Shown here piece after piece: positions 47,371 to 56,121 of a DNA stretch of 64,000 bases; position 1 is the stretch's first letter; each line of letters starts with the position of its first letter. This DNA is from a virus (Duplodnaviria; Caudoviricetes). The translations under genes were made by a program, and so were the position numbers. The notes under the pieces are model-generated. The model made no database searches and had not been told where the DNA came from. It saw nothing but the letters and a program-made list of their open reading frames with translations. The stretch lies in IMG/VR virus record IMGVR_UViG_3300035112_000003, positions 799 through 64,798 of that record; one strand, given 5' to 3'.

Positions 47371-49042
47371 TCAGTCGGTAGTTTTATTCCTTGGTTAGCT
47401 AAAAGTTTGTCTTTAATTTCTTCGGATAATTGGTCGAAACGTAGGCGTTCATACAAGCCATCCCCTTTACTTTTCAAAAAGTAGGGGAAGGAATAATAGG
47501 TATCCCCGTTATCAGATACTATAGTTTGAGAGAAATGCCATAGGGTAGATTCCTGATCAGGGGTTAGTAACATTTCCATTTGATTATTTTTTGTCTAAAG
47601 ATTTCATAAATCTAATAAATATAATCAATAATATTATAGTTGTAATTATGCCAATAATAGATTCCATTATTTATTGTTTTTAGGGGATTCTGGGATCATG
47701 TAATGAGTTGGCTTAGTAGTAGTAGAATTATCAAACGCAAATTCAAATTCATAAACCTTCCCTTTAGGAGTCAATGTTATTGAATTTAAACTAGCAATTT
47801 TCCAATCATTAAACTCTTCAAGCCAGATCAGAAGTTCCTCATTAAAAGGAGGGTCTTTTTTACCATTTAACTCTACCCATTTCATATTAATTCTTTTTAG
47901 TTTTAGTTGCCGAATCTTTCTTTACTTCAGTCTTAGGCTTTTCGGAAGCTATTTGTGCATTGATCTGTTTAACAAACTCAGATTGTATTACGCCGAACAA
48001 TGAATCATTGATGTAAGTTACTTCTTTGGAAGGAAGGTCAGAATTTTTGAGCTTATTTTTCACAAACTCCATCCCGTTTATTGTGTTGCTCCATTGATCT
48101 AAAGTCAACGAAACGGAATAGCGTTTAGGTTGCTCTTGTCGTGTCTGCGCTTTCAATGCCCAGGTCAATCCAGATACAATAGTAATAACAGAAATAAATA
48201 GTAATGTTCTTGATTTAGTTGATTTCATTTATTATAGTTTTTGTTTTGCTTTTTGAAATCCTTCTTCCGCTGTCCCGTTTCCAATAATGCTTAATTTAAT
48301 GGGAAGTATTTCATATCCTTCCTCAAACAGTATATTCAACGGCCTAGAAACCCCTTTGCTGGCTAACATTTCAACCATGCCTATGCATGTAGCAAAATCT
48401 GGCGCTAGCGAAAATAACTGCGGATTACCATCATCAGCCACTAGTACATACAATTCTTCATCTTTAATTTCTTGTAATTTCATGTTTAATTTTTATTTAT
48501 TAAATAACTCATTATAGCATACCCCTGGCATTAAAGCTCTATCGTAGTATGTTTTTACTAAAGGCTCATTAAAGAATATTCTTTCTTCTACTTGCTCTAC
48601 AGTGATCCCATGCTTTGAAGCGATTATTCTCTTTAAGGCTACCTTCCAGTCTTCAAATGACCGGCTTGATTTAGCGGTTGGATGTTGTGGTATATTCTCT
48701 TCCATGTTGTTGTATGTTTAATTCGTCAAAGATAAATGGGAAACATAATTGGTTAGGGTCTTCAGGGATAGGTGCTTTGGGATTATCTGGGTCATCAGGA
48801 TCACCATCATTACCCCAATCCCATTTTACCCATGCAGTACAAGTAGGGCTACCATTTGCATCATACGTCCATTCTTCTGGGTATTCTTTATCTTTTACAT
48901 CATGGATCATTGACCTACACAATATCATGCATTGCTTTTTGTTATCTGGATCGGGATGTTGATTAATGCACCTATCACAAAAGTGATCTGTAAATGCCAT
49001 TCCTTCTGTCCCGTTCGAGGGCCGGTATTTTTTATTATTCAT
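47367..49042 (-). other. Small hypothetical genes (47367-47579, 47584-47667 TM peptide, 47667-47885 DUF551-like, 47887-48228 secreted, 48232-48483, 48493-48705, 48671-49042 Cys-rich)
   Basis: Coupled ORFs; 47584-47667 translated by hand (MESIIGIITTIILLIIFIRFMKSLDKK). Confidence 0.6.
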
Positions 49043-49374
49043 GAGTTAGCTAATTCAAGTAAAACATCTGCGTGGCATGGTTGACCCTCTTTACACCAGC
49101 AAGCCAAATTTTTGCCTTTTAATTCAGACAAATCAGCCGTCATAATCAACCCTTTGCCAAATATAAATGCTGGATTCAACTTTATAAGAACTAGGTTTTT
49201 GTAGCAATTAATAGCTTCCTGAACAGTATTTATTTTAAAAGGAGTGCCAAAATGGTTTTTAACCTCATCGCCTACTTTAAATGGATTCCCCCATTTAGTG
49301 GGCCTACCAACATATACAGTATTAGGCGGCATCACCCATCCTTTTGTTCTCTTTCGTTGTATTCGTATCGGCAT
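49039..49374 (-). CDS. DUF4326 domain protein
   Basis: YVGRPTKWGNPF...LKGKNLACWC...CHADVL. Confidence 0.88.
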   Translation of the reverse strand: MPIRIQRKRTKGWVMPPNTVYVGRPTKWGNPFKVGDEVKNHFGTPFKINTVQEAINCYKNLVLIKLNPAFIFGKGLIMTADLSELKGKNLACWCKEGQPCHADVLLELANS

Positions 49375-49594
49375 TTACTTCTATTTTAATGTGTTCGTTC
49401 CTGTGTAATTCAAGCATTTGTAATTTCTCAATAAACAGATCGGCATTTTTCTCCCAACATTTCTTCCGGTCTTTCAATTGAATTCCATACGACTCTTCCC
49501 ATAGCTTTGTGAACTTACGAAGATTTGCAATAACTCGAATAGCCTCTTCAGTTATTTTTAATAACTCTTCCTCATTTCGTATTTGTATTTTCAT
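49322..49594 (-). CDS. Hypothetical protein
   Basis: ORF track. Confidence 0.5.
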   Translation of the reverse strand: MKIQIRNEEELLKITEEAIRVIANLRKFTKLWEESYGIQLKDRKKCWEKNADLFIEKLQMLELHRNEHIKIEVNADTNTTKENKRMGDAA

Positions 49595-49596
49595 AA

Positions 49597-50037
49597 TTAA
49601 AAAGGCAAATCATCATCTCCGGTTAATGTAATATCAGTTGTTACTGGCTGATAGCTGTTAGCGCCATTATCATATGAAGAAGCCTGATTGCCTTGTGGTT
49701 GTTGGTTACCATCACCTGGTTTTGCACCACCTAATAATTGAATACTATGTACTCGTAAGATAATATTCGCTTTTACTTCACCCTGATTATTTTTATACAT
49801 TTTAACATCAGGAGAGCCGTCCACGAAAACTTGTGACCCTTTCAGAAGATATTGCGCTACTTTAGTTTTATCAGTCCAATACGCACATCCCACCCATACA
49901 GTTTTTTGAACTTCCACATTATTCACATCCCTATATTTTTCAGTATGTGCTACATTGAAATTTATTACAGTTTTGCCATTTACATTATTTATTGTAGCGT
50001 CTTTCCCTAAGTGGCCAATTGCTTGTAGCTTAATCAT
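49597..50037 (-). CDS. ssb: Single-stranded DNA-binding protein
   Basis: IGHLGKDA, FNVA, YLLKGSQVFVDG and C-terminal DDDLPF. Confidence 0.93.
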   Translation of the reverse strand: MIKLQAIGHLGKDATINNVNGKTVINFNVAHTEKYRDVNNVEVQKTVWVGCAYWTDKTKVAQYLLKGSQVFVDGSPDVKMYKNNQGEVKANIILRVHSIQLLGGAKPGDGNQQPQGNQASSYDNGANSYQPVTTDITLTGDDDLPF

Positions 50038-50040
50038 AAA

Positions 50041-50373
50041 TTATTTGTTTTCGTTTAAAAAATATTCTATTACGTAAAATGTTTTTGCAATTTCAATCAT
50101 TCGTTTAGTGTCAGCGGTTTTACCCTTACATATTTCCAGAACAAAGGCCCACATCTGCTTTTTTACGCCTTTATCTAACTGTTCAATAGGCACTAATTTC
50201 TTATGCCTTTTAAGTTCTGAGTATACCCAGCACATTATCCCACGCCTACAGTTTAGTTCTACTATCTGGTTTGTATAGTCTACATTGTCCTGTTCAAAAT
50301 AGAATGTTTCTTTTCGGCCTATACGCTCCATGCAGGCTAACCAATCATGATCTGCTTTTTGATATTTATCCAT
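50041..50373 (-). CDS. Hypothetical protein of the replication operon
   Basis: ORF track. Confidence 0.55.
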   Translation of the reverse strand: MDKYQKADHDWLACMERIGRKETFYFEQDNVDYTNQIVELNCRRGIMCWVYSELKRHKKLVPIEQLDKGVKKQMWAFVLEICKGKTADTKRMIEIAKTFYVIEYFLNENK

Positions 50374-51296
50374 TATCCGCGCATATCTTGACCAGAAACA
50401 TCAAAAATATTAAACATATCCTTAATCCTACTTCTTACTCTAAACCCATATTTTTCTTGAATTTCAGAAAAGCTATTGTTTGTGGAAATAATTAAATTAT
50501 TAAACGTTTTATTGCGAAGATATATCCCTTCAATAAATGATTTAAAGAAATTAATTTTAGTGCCGTAATGATTAATAACACTTTCTTCTGTCCCTACATC
50601 ATCCAAGTACAATATTTTGCTGTTGCTTGTTGGTATATTATACTCTCCATGTTCTTTTATTTCTTCAGATATTTCAATCATACTTAAAACAAGAATAGGG
50701 TTCAATTCATTTTTTGATAAGCATTTAACTAAATGTGTTTTCCCAAGCCCTGAAATACCCCGAATCAAAAGCCCTTTATTTAAAGAATATTTAAGTTGCG
50801 AATCAAAGTCTGTTTCAAATCTTTTGTCCCTGCTAACAAAAAAGCACAATGCAGTTATCAACTTTTTAGTATCATCATTAACAATTAGTTTTTTACCAAA
50901 TTCATTTTGACTAGTCCATGACATTAATTTAAACATTCTATTAGCAGTCCATAACTCCCTAAGTTCTTTCTTCCTGTTCTCTTCAGTTTCTTTATCCTTT
51001 TTACGTTGCTCCTTTTGCCATTGATCATGATGCTTAAGCATATTAGAACGCTTAAGTAATTCATTTCGATCAATCTGAGCATTCCAATCTATTTGAGACA
51101 ATCTGGATTCGATTTGTTCTGGCAATGCCGCAAGCTGGCTCATTTTCCATACTAAATGTTTTTTAGCCTCTGCGATCGCATGTTCGATAATGCCTTCCTC
51201 TTCTTCTTTTGTTAGAATATATGGCTCTTGTTCAGAATCAAGGTCTGTCAAATTCAATTGTTTGGCCAATTTCTGAAGCTCGTTGTTTAGGCTCAT
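50373..51296 (-). CDS. DnaC/IstB-like AAA+ helicase-loader ATPase
   Basis: GLLIRGISGLGKT, LYLDDVGTE, ISTN and YG.RVRSRI..M motifs. Confidence 0.85.
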   Translation of the reverse strand: MSLNNELQKLAKQLNLTDLDSEQEPYILTKEEEEGIIEHAIAEAKKHLVWKMSQLAALPEQIESRLSQIDWNAQIDRNELLKRSNMLKHHDQWQKEQRKKDKETEENRKKELRELWTANRMFKLMSWTSQNEFGKKLIVNDDTKKLITALCFFVSRDKRFETDFDSQLKYSLNKGLLIRGISGLGKTHLVKCLSKNELNPILVLSMIEISEEIKEHGEYNIPTSNSKILYLDDVGTEESVINHYGTKINFFKSFIEGIYLRNKTFNNLIISTNNSFSEIQEKYGFRVRSRIKDMFNIFDVSGQDMRG

Positions 51297-52020
51297 TTTT
51301 ATAATTTTTCATTTTTAGAACTAATCTCTGCCATTCCTTTGTTTGGCTAATATCAGATAAAGACCTGTTTTTAAGCCATGAATCTGATTTTATGAATGGA
51401 ATAATAACCTTCCAGCTTTCCAGAACGTCATTCATTTTACCATTCACGACCTCCGCCCTAGCCCATTTCTTCATTAAAGCTATTTTATAGGCTATTTGCA
51501 GGCAAGCCGAATAATCCGACTCTTTGTCAAAGAAGTAGTCAGGAATCGCCTCTAAATACATTTTAGCCATCTCGGATACTAAATACATGAAATAGTTTTT
51601 TTGAGATTCTTCGATGTTTACTTTACATAAAGACTCTAACTGTTTTATAACCCTAATAACATCTTCATTTATATTTATATTTACATTTTCCATATGTTGT
51701 AACATATGTTCTTTCATATGTTTAGTACTAACACGATTATCTTTCCTTGATTTACAGAACTTTACACGTTTTTCTTTCTCTGTTTTAAGGCGCTCATTCC
51801 AGTATTTGCCATTATTCTCCTTAAACTTGTCAGAGATTAGTGGCCATATATGATCGAACTTGTGACCCAACACATGTTTTATCATATGTATCGTCATATG
51901 ATCCTTTTGAAATTGCAACATCAACAAGTCCATATATGCGCCCTTGCACTCAAAATCCAAGTACATTGTGCCAGATATGTAATCTCCTGGGTAAAATAAA
52001 AATGCTGGGTCTTTCGCCAT
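51238..52020 (-). CDS. Replication initiator (YdaU/DUF1376-like N-terminus)
   Basis: KDPAFLFYPGDY..GT..L...KGAYMDLL; low-complexity linker NVNININ; upstream of the DnaC-like gene. Confidence 0.8.
   Translation of the reverse strand: MAKDPAFLFYPGDYISGTMYLDFECKGAYMDLLMLQFQKDHMTIHMIKHVLGHKFDHIWPLISDKFKENNGKYWNERLKTEKEKRVKFCKSRKDNRVSTKHMKEHMLQHMENVNININEDVIRVIKQLESLCKVNIEESQKNYFMYLVSEMAKMYLEAIPDYFFDKESDYSACLQIAYKIALMKKWARAEVVNGKMNDVLESWKVIIPFIKSDSWLKNRSLSDISQTKEWQRLVLKMKNYKNEPKQRASEIGQTIEFDRP
51668..51903. repeat. Putative replication origin: CATATG iterons at 12-bp spacing plus an AT-rich tract
   Basis: CATATG at 51691, 51703, 51715 and CACATG/CATATG at 51871, 51883, 51895; AT-rich 51668-51689. 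Confidence 0.7.
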
Positions 52021-52051
52021 TGTGCCGGATTGAACATGTTTTTAATAGGAT

Positions 52052-52246
52052 TTAAGCCACTTGCGTGGATTCATGTAATCCAGCCTTTCGGTATTGCTTT
52101 AATTTGTTGGAAATTGTCTTCCGATCCACATTTAAAAGCCGGGCGGCTTTCGCTTTATCAAAATCTACCTGTCGGAGAGTTTCCACTATAATGTCGTATT
52201 CAGCCTTCAATGCGGCTATGTCTAACGGTTTAACTTTTCTTGGCAT
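52052..52246 (-). CDS. Fis-type (HTH_8) DNA-binding protein
   Basis: E..IIVETL....DKAKAARLLNVDRKTISNKLKQY. Confidence 0.85.
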   Translation of the reverse strand: MPRKVKPLDIAALKAEYDIIVETLRQVDFDKAKAARLLNVDRKTISNKLKQYRKAGLHESTQVA

Positions 52247-52297
52247 GTTTTTATGGGTAATTGATTCCGCTAAACTATGGTCTATTTATTGCATTAC

Positions 52298-52321
52298 CAA
52301 ATTTAAATTAATCGTTTTTGC
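52298..52321 (-). promoter_or_regulatory. Promoter (TAAATTTG) with adjacent operator-like GCAAAAACGATTAATT
   Basis: -7 element at 52298-52305; motif at 52306-52321. Confidence 0.55.
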
Positions 52322-52412
52322 GGAATTTTGTACACAATTCAGAGGCTCATAGAATATTAGATCGGGAACGGGTTCTTTAATGGTCACTTGGTTTTTCAAA
52401 AATTATTTTAGG

Positions 52413-53091
52413 TCACAGGATTAATTGATCTGTCACTAAATTTACGGATTTGATTTTTATTTCACCCCCGGTTGCGAAATGGGTTAAACTGCCGTCTGCA
52501 TCCACTACGCTTTTATCATGGTTAAAATTCTGCATAAAGCTTATTACCTTTTCAACTGCGTCTTGATAATCATTAGCTACTACGAAATAAGACTTATTCC
52601 CGCTGCTAAAGGTAATAAACCCTGTTCCTGCATCTGGATCGCCAGTATCAACCCTGAATAACCTCATTAATGCCGATACTTTCATATTGTTTATTTATTT
52701 GGATAGTAGCATTTGGTTTACTTCTTCAGAGGTTAAGAAATAGTGATTGTTGTTTTAGAATGGCTGCTTCTTTATCTGTCTTTGGATATGCCGGGAGTTG
52801 TGACTTTACATACTCTTTCATCTTTGCTATGCCTTCTGCATTATGTTCAGAAGAATTAAGCCGATAGTCTACCCATGTCACATCCTGATTAAACCGGCTT
52901 TTGCCCGATCTTGGTGTTCTGGATACTTGTACGCCAAAAGGTTTCTCAATAAGCCGTGGAATCTCCCTGGCTATATTCGTCAATCCTATCTCATTAAAGC
53001 AATTCTTTACATTTAATACACGACCTTCCAGAAGGGCCAGCGCAAGTGCGGCTTTAGCTGTCATGATTAATTCGTTTATTCCAGTTTTCAA
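52413..53091 (-). other. Two hypothetical genes (52413-52685; 52726-53064 winged-HTH-like)
   Basis: ORF track; LLEGRVL...REIPRL pattern in the second. Confidence 0.55.
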
Positions 53092-53254
53092 TTAACTTCG
53101 TTCTTAGCCATTCTAATGAATAACGAAGTACTTCTTGAGTTTTTTCTATATGGCAACCCTTGCAGAAAATGCGCATGCCATTTCTTCCTTTCTGTTCTAT
53201 ATCCGCTTCGCCACCGCAGAAGGGGCATGGAAGTAAATTATTTTCTTCACTCAT
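53054..53254 (-). CDS. Lar-family restriction alleviation protein
   Basis: LLPCPFCGGEA...CKGC...WNKR. Confidence 0.8.
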   Translation of the reverse strand: MSEENNLLPCPFCGGEADIEQKGRNGMRIFCKGCHIEKTQEVLRYSLEWLRTKLIENWNKRINHDS

Positions 53255-54222
53255 AACTCATTATTTAAGCACGCCATGAATAATACTATTGTCTGTCTTA
53301 AATATGTAAATTTATATAAACAAAATCCCCAATCATCCGACCCCCAATATGCCGTGTCTTTACCTTCATTAAAAAGAATTTTTTTGTCATATTTATCCGG
53401 GTTATAATATTTATCAAGAAATGATTTTGAAATTAACCCTTCCTCTGCTGCTTTGCATAGTCCAGTAGTAGGCATTAAGCCATAATGAATACAATCAAAG
53501 TAAAATTGCAAGTGTTTACCTAATTTCTTTTTAGCCATATACTATTGAGTTAATTTACTAATTGTTATGAATCTGGAATACCTGCTGTATATGTAGTTAA
53601 TGAACCTAGACTTCTGATCTGGCAATAACTGTTCTAATCCAGATACTACAACATTAAGAAATTCTATTTCATCGAATTCTTTCTTTGGATCAGGAGTGGT
53701 AAATTCATCCAATGCCGCCTTAAACTCAGATTCGGAGTTAAAGATATTATTGGCTCTCTTGGTGTACTTTCTTTTTACTGGTTGTTTCTTTGATTTTTTG
53801 TTCATTGTTTTATAATTTAAAGTTTATTGCTCTGGTGCCACATGAAATTCTTCAAGATAAGGGGAGTAATCCAGATAGTCTTTTTGGGGATCACAAACTT
53901 GCTCAATGAGTATATCTGCACCCATTACGACACGGCCCCAATTGCAGTCACATCTTTTATATCTCCTTTTTATGAACTCATAAATTACCAATCTGTTGTC
54001 TAATTGCTTTACGTTTACCCCTTCTTCATCACATAATTCTTGTCTTATTTTTAATAGTTCAATTTTATCTTCATCTTCATCATCCCAGGTTTCCCACTGA
54101 CCTTCAAGATCAATAAATGAATATCTATCCCTATTATCCCACATCATTTCACAGCTTTGCAGGAATTTTCTAGTTGTATCGAAATCATTGGTAGTGGCTT
54201 TGGCCATTCTCATTCCGGGCAT
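53251..54222 (-). other. Three hypothetical genes (53251-53538, 53542-53805, 53824-54222)
   Basis: ORF track. Confidence 0.55.
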
Positions 54223-54237
54223 AAAGTATATAGGTAT

Positions 54238-54699
54238 TTATAGTGATTGCAATAATTCAGGATGCGAATATATATTACCGCATATCCTTCTTTGTTCGTT
54301 GTCTTTATCATTAATTGGGAATGTCCAAAACATTGTTTCGTCCAGTGCTTCAGCACCTTCCTTTTTGTATTTGTGATATTCTTCAATAGTCAATAAGCCA
54401 AACATTGCCCATTCTTTTATGAATACACACACCAGATATTCGGTAGTATCATATTCATCTTCCATTTTTTCATTCCTTACTATATCTGATTCGTATAGGT
54501 TAATACCATTTACCTGATGTCCTGAGAACTGACATACTGTTTCAGGAACTATTTTAGCAAGTGTAATAGCGTAATCAGAACTTGTAACATCTTTAGTTAG
54601 CGGAATCGCTATGTAATCCTTGTCAACTACGACAACCCCATTCCCATAAACCCAATTACCGGTATCAATTTTCTTTCCCTTAAATGAATACTCTCTCAT
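54238..54699 (-). CDS. YopX-family protein
   Basis: MREY.FKG....WVYG...PETVCQFSG...LYESDIV...GNIY..PELL. Confidence 0.88.
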   Translation of the reverse strand: MREYSFKGKKIDTGNWVYGNGVVVVDKDYIAIPLTKDVTSSDYAITLAKIVPETVCQFSGHQVNGINLYESDIVRNEKMEDEYDTTEYLVCVFIKEWAMFGLLTIEEYHKYKKEGAEALDETMFWTFPINDKDNEQRRICGNIYSHPELLQSL

Positions 54700-54710
54700 A
54701 TATTATATTT

Positions 54711-55230
54711 TCAAAGTGATTGTAATAGAGCTTCTTTTGTTGGGTGTGCTGAATTTTCGTTAACTTTAATTAAAACAATAAGGTCTTTATTATCCCTGCT
54801 ACACAAGTAAATTATTTCTTGTACTACCTCAGCAGAATCCTTCATCTGTCGCCGTTCTATTTTAATTCCGCGTACCACCGTTTCTATTGCTTTTAAATTA
54901 TGAATAAACCAAACGGTATCTCCTTCTTTAAATTTAAGTTCTATTGTCATATATTATACAGTTATTAGTGTTTTAAAGAGCATTAGTTTTAATGAATCTA
55001 CCATACCTATCTCTATCCTGCCAAAAGCCGCTGTTAATTATCCTGGGTTTAATGTAACTGGATTTTGAAATAAAAATAGCCCACGGCAACCGCTGTGTTT
55101 GTCCCTCATAAAGTATTCTCTTATATACATCCTGAAAAGTAACTTGTGAGGCTATCCGCTTGTTTACCTCAACTCCGTCTATTTCTAAAACAATATCTAT
55201 GTACAGCCATTTCTTAGGAGGGGTTACCAT
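54711..55230 (-). other. Two hypothetical genes (54711-54950, 54973-55230)
   Basis: ORF track. Confidence 0.55.
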
Positions 55231-55231
55231 A

Positions 55232-55429
55232 TTATATTTTAAATGAAGTGCCTAATAATTTATTGATTTTATCCAAGTCATCTTGTGTCCAGTCAATCCT
55301 GCCTTTCATTTTACGAGATAGCTGCGCTTCTGATATACCCGTTTGAGCAGCCAACCATGACTGGTTAGTAAAATGATCTTTTATTTGTTCGCCAATAGAC
55401 TTGTTCTCTTTTATTTTCTGTGCCATCAA
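55232..55429 (-). CDS. Cro/XRE-type HTH regulator
   Basis: NQSWLAAQTGISEAQLSRKMKG..WT..DLDKI..LL. Confidence 0.85.
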   Translation of the reverse strand: MMAQKIKENKSIGEQIKDHFTNQSWLAAQTGISEAQLSRKMKGRIDWTQDDLDKINKLLGTSFKI

Positions 55430-55441
55430 ATATTATTTCAG

Positions 55442-55490
55442 CGAAGTTAGAAATATTTCTTGCATGAACAAATTATTTCCCATATTTTTG
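55442..55490. promoter_or_regulatory. Divergent promoter pair
   Basis: + strand TTG (about 55460) and TATTTTTG (55483-55490); - strand TAACTTCG (55442-55449). Confidence 0.6.
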
Positions 55491-55510
55491 TTTCAGTAAA
55501 ACATAACAAC

Positions 55511-55909
55511 ATGGGCCTACGCGAAATTCAAGATTTGAAAAACAAGGCAAATGATCCGAAGCCTCCCAAAAAATATGTAATCCCAAAAATCAGTAAGAAG
55601 CGTCAAAAGAAACTTGAAGAACAAAAGGATTTATTGAAACTGGATGAGGCGTTTTATAAAGAGGTATGGGCGGCCTCTGCACACAAATGCCAAAACTGCG
55701 ATTGTAAGCTACCTAAAACGCCATATAACTGGATGTTTCACCACCTACTAGAAAAGCGAAATTACCCACAATTCAGACATGTACCAGAGAATATCGCTAT
55801 TCTTTGTTTAAGCTGCCATTCAAAATGTGAAACAAATATCGATTTTGCACCTAAAATAAAACAACGCCGCAAAGAAGCGGAACAAAACTGTCATAAATGG
55901 GAGAAATAA
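55511..55909 (+). CDS. HNH nuclease (NinG/resolvase-like), start MGLREIQ
   Basis: CQNC...HHLL...NIAILC..CH; ATG downstream of the promoter. Confidence 0.7.
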   Translation: MGLREIQDLKNKANDPKPPKKYVIPKISKKRQKKLEEQKDLLKLDEAFYKEVWAASAHKCQNCDCKLPKTPYNWMFHHLLEKRNYPQFRHVPENIAILCLSCHSKCETNIDFAPKIKQRRKEAEQNCHKWEK

Positions 55910-56121
55910 AACTAACCGAAAAGGATTTAAAGATTCTTGAAGTAATAAAAAATCATGTAGGCGCTATTGGCCCTACTAATATAGGTATTAAACTAGGCCA
56001 GTCTTATACTTATGCTAGTTCATATTGTTCTGGATCATTAAAGAAACTTTTAGCTGCTGGGCTAATAGTTAAAATAACTACTGATAGAGTAAAATATAAA
56101 CTAAATAATTCTGTAAAATGA
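55897..56121 (+). CDS. Winged-helix DNA-binding protein
   Basis: LTEKDLKILE..GPTNIG...LKKL..AGLI.K. Confidence 0.6.
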   Translation: MGEIKLTEKDLKILEVIKNHVGAIGPTNIGIKLGQSYTYASSYCSGSLKKLLAAGLIVKITTDRVKYKLNNSVK

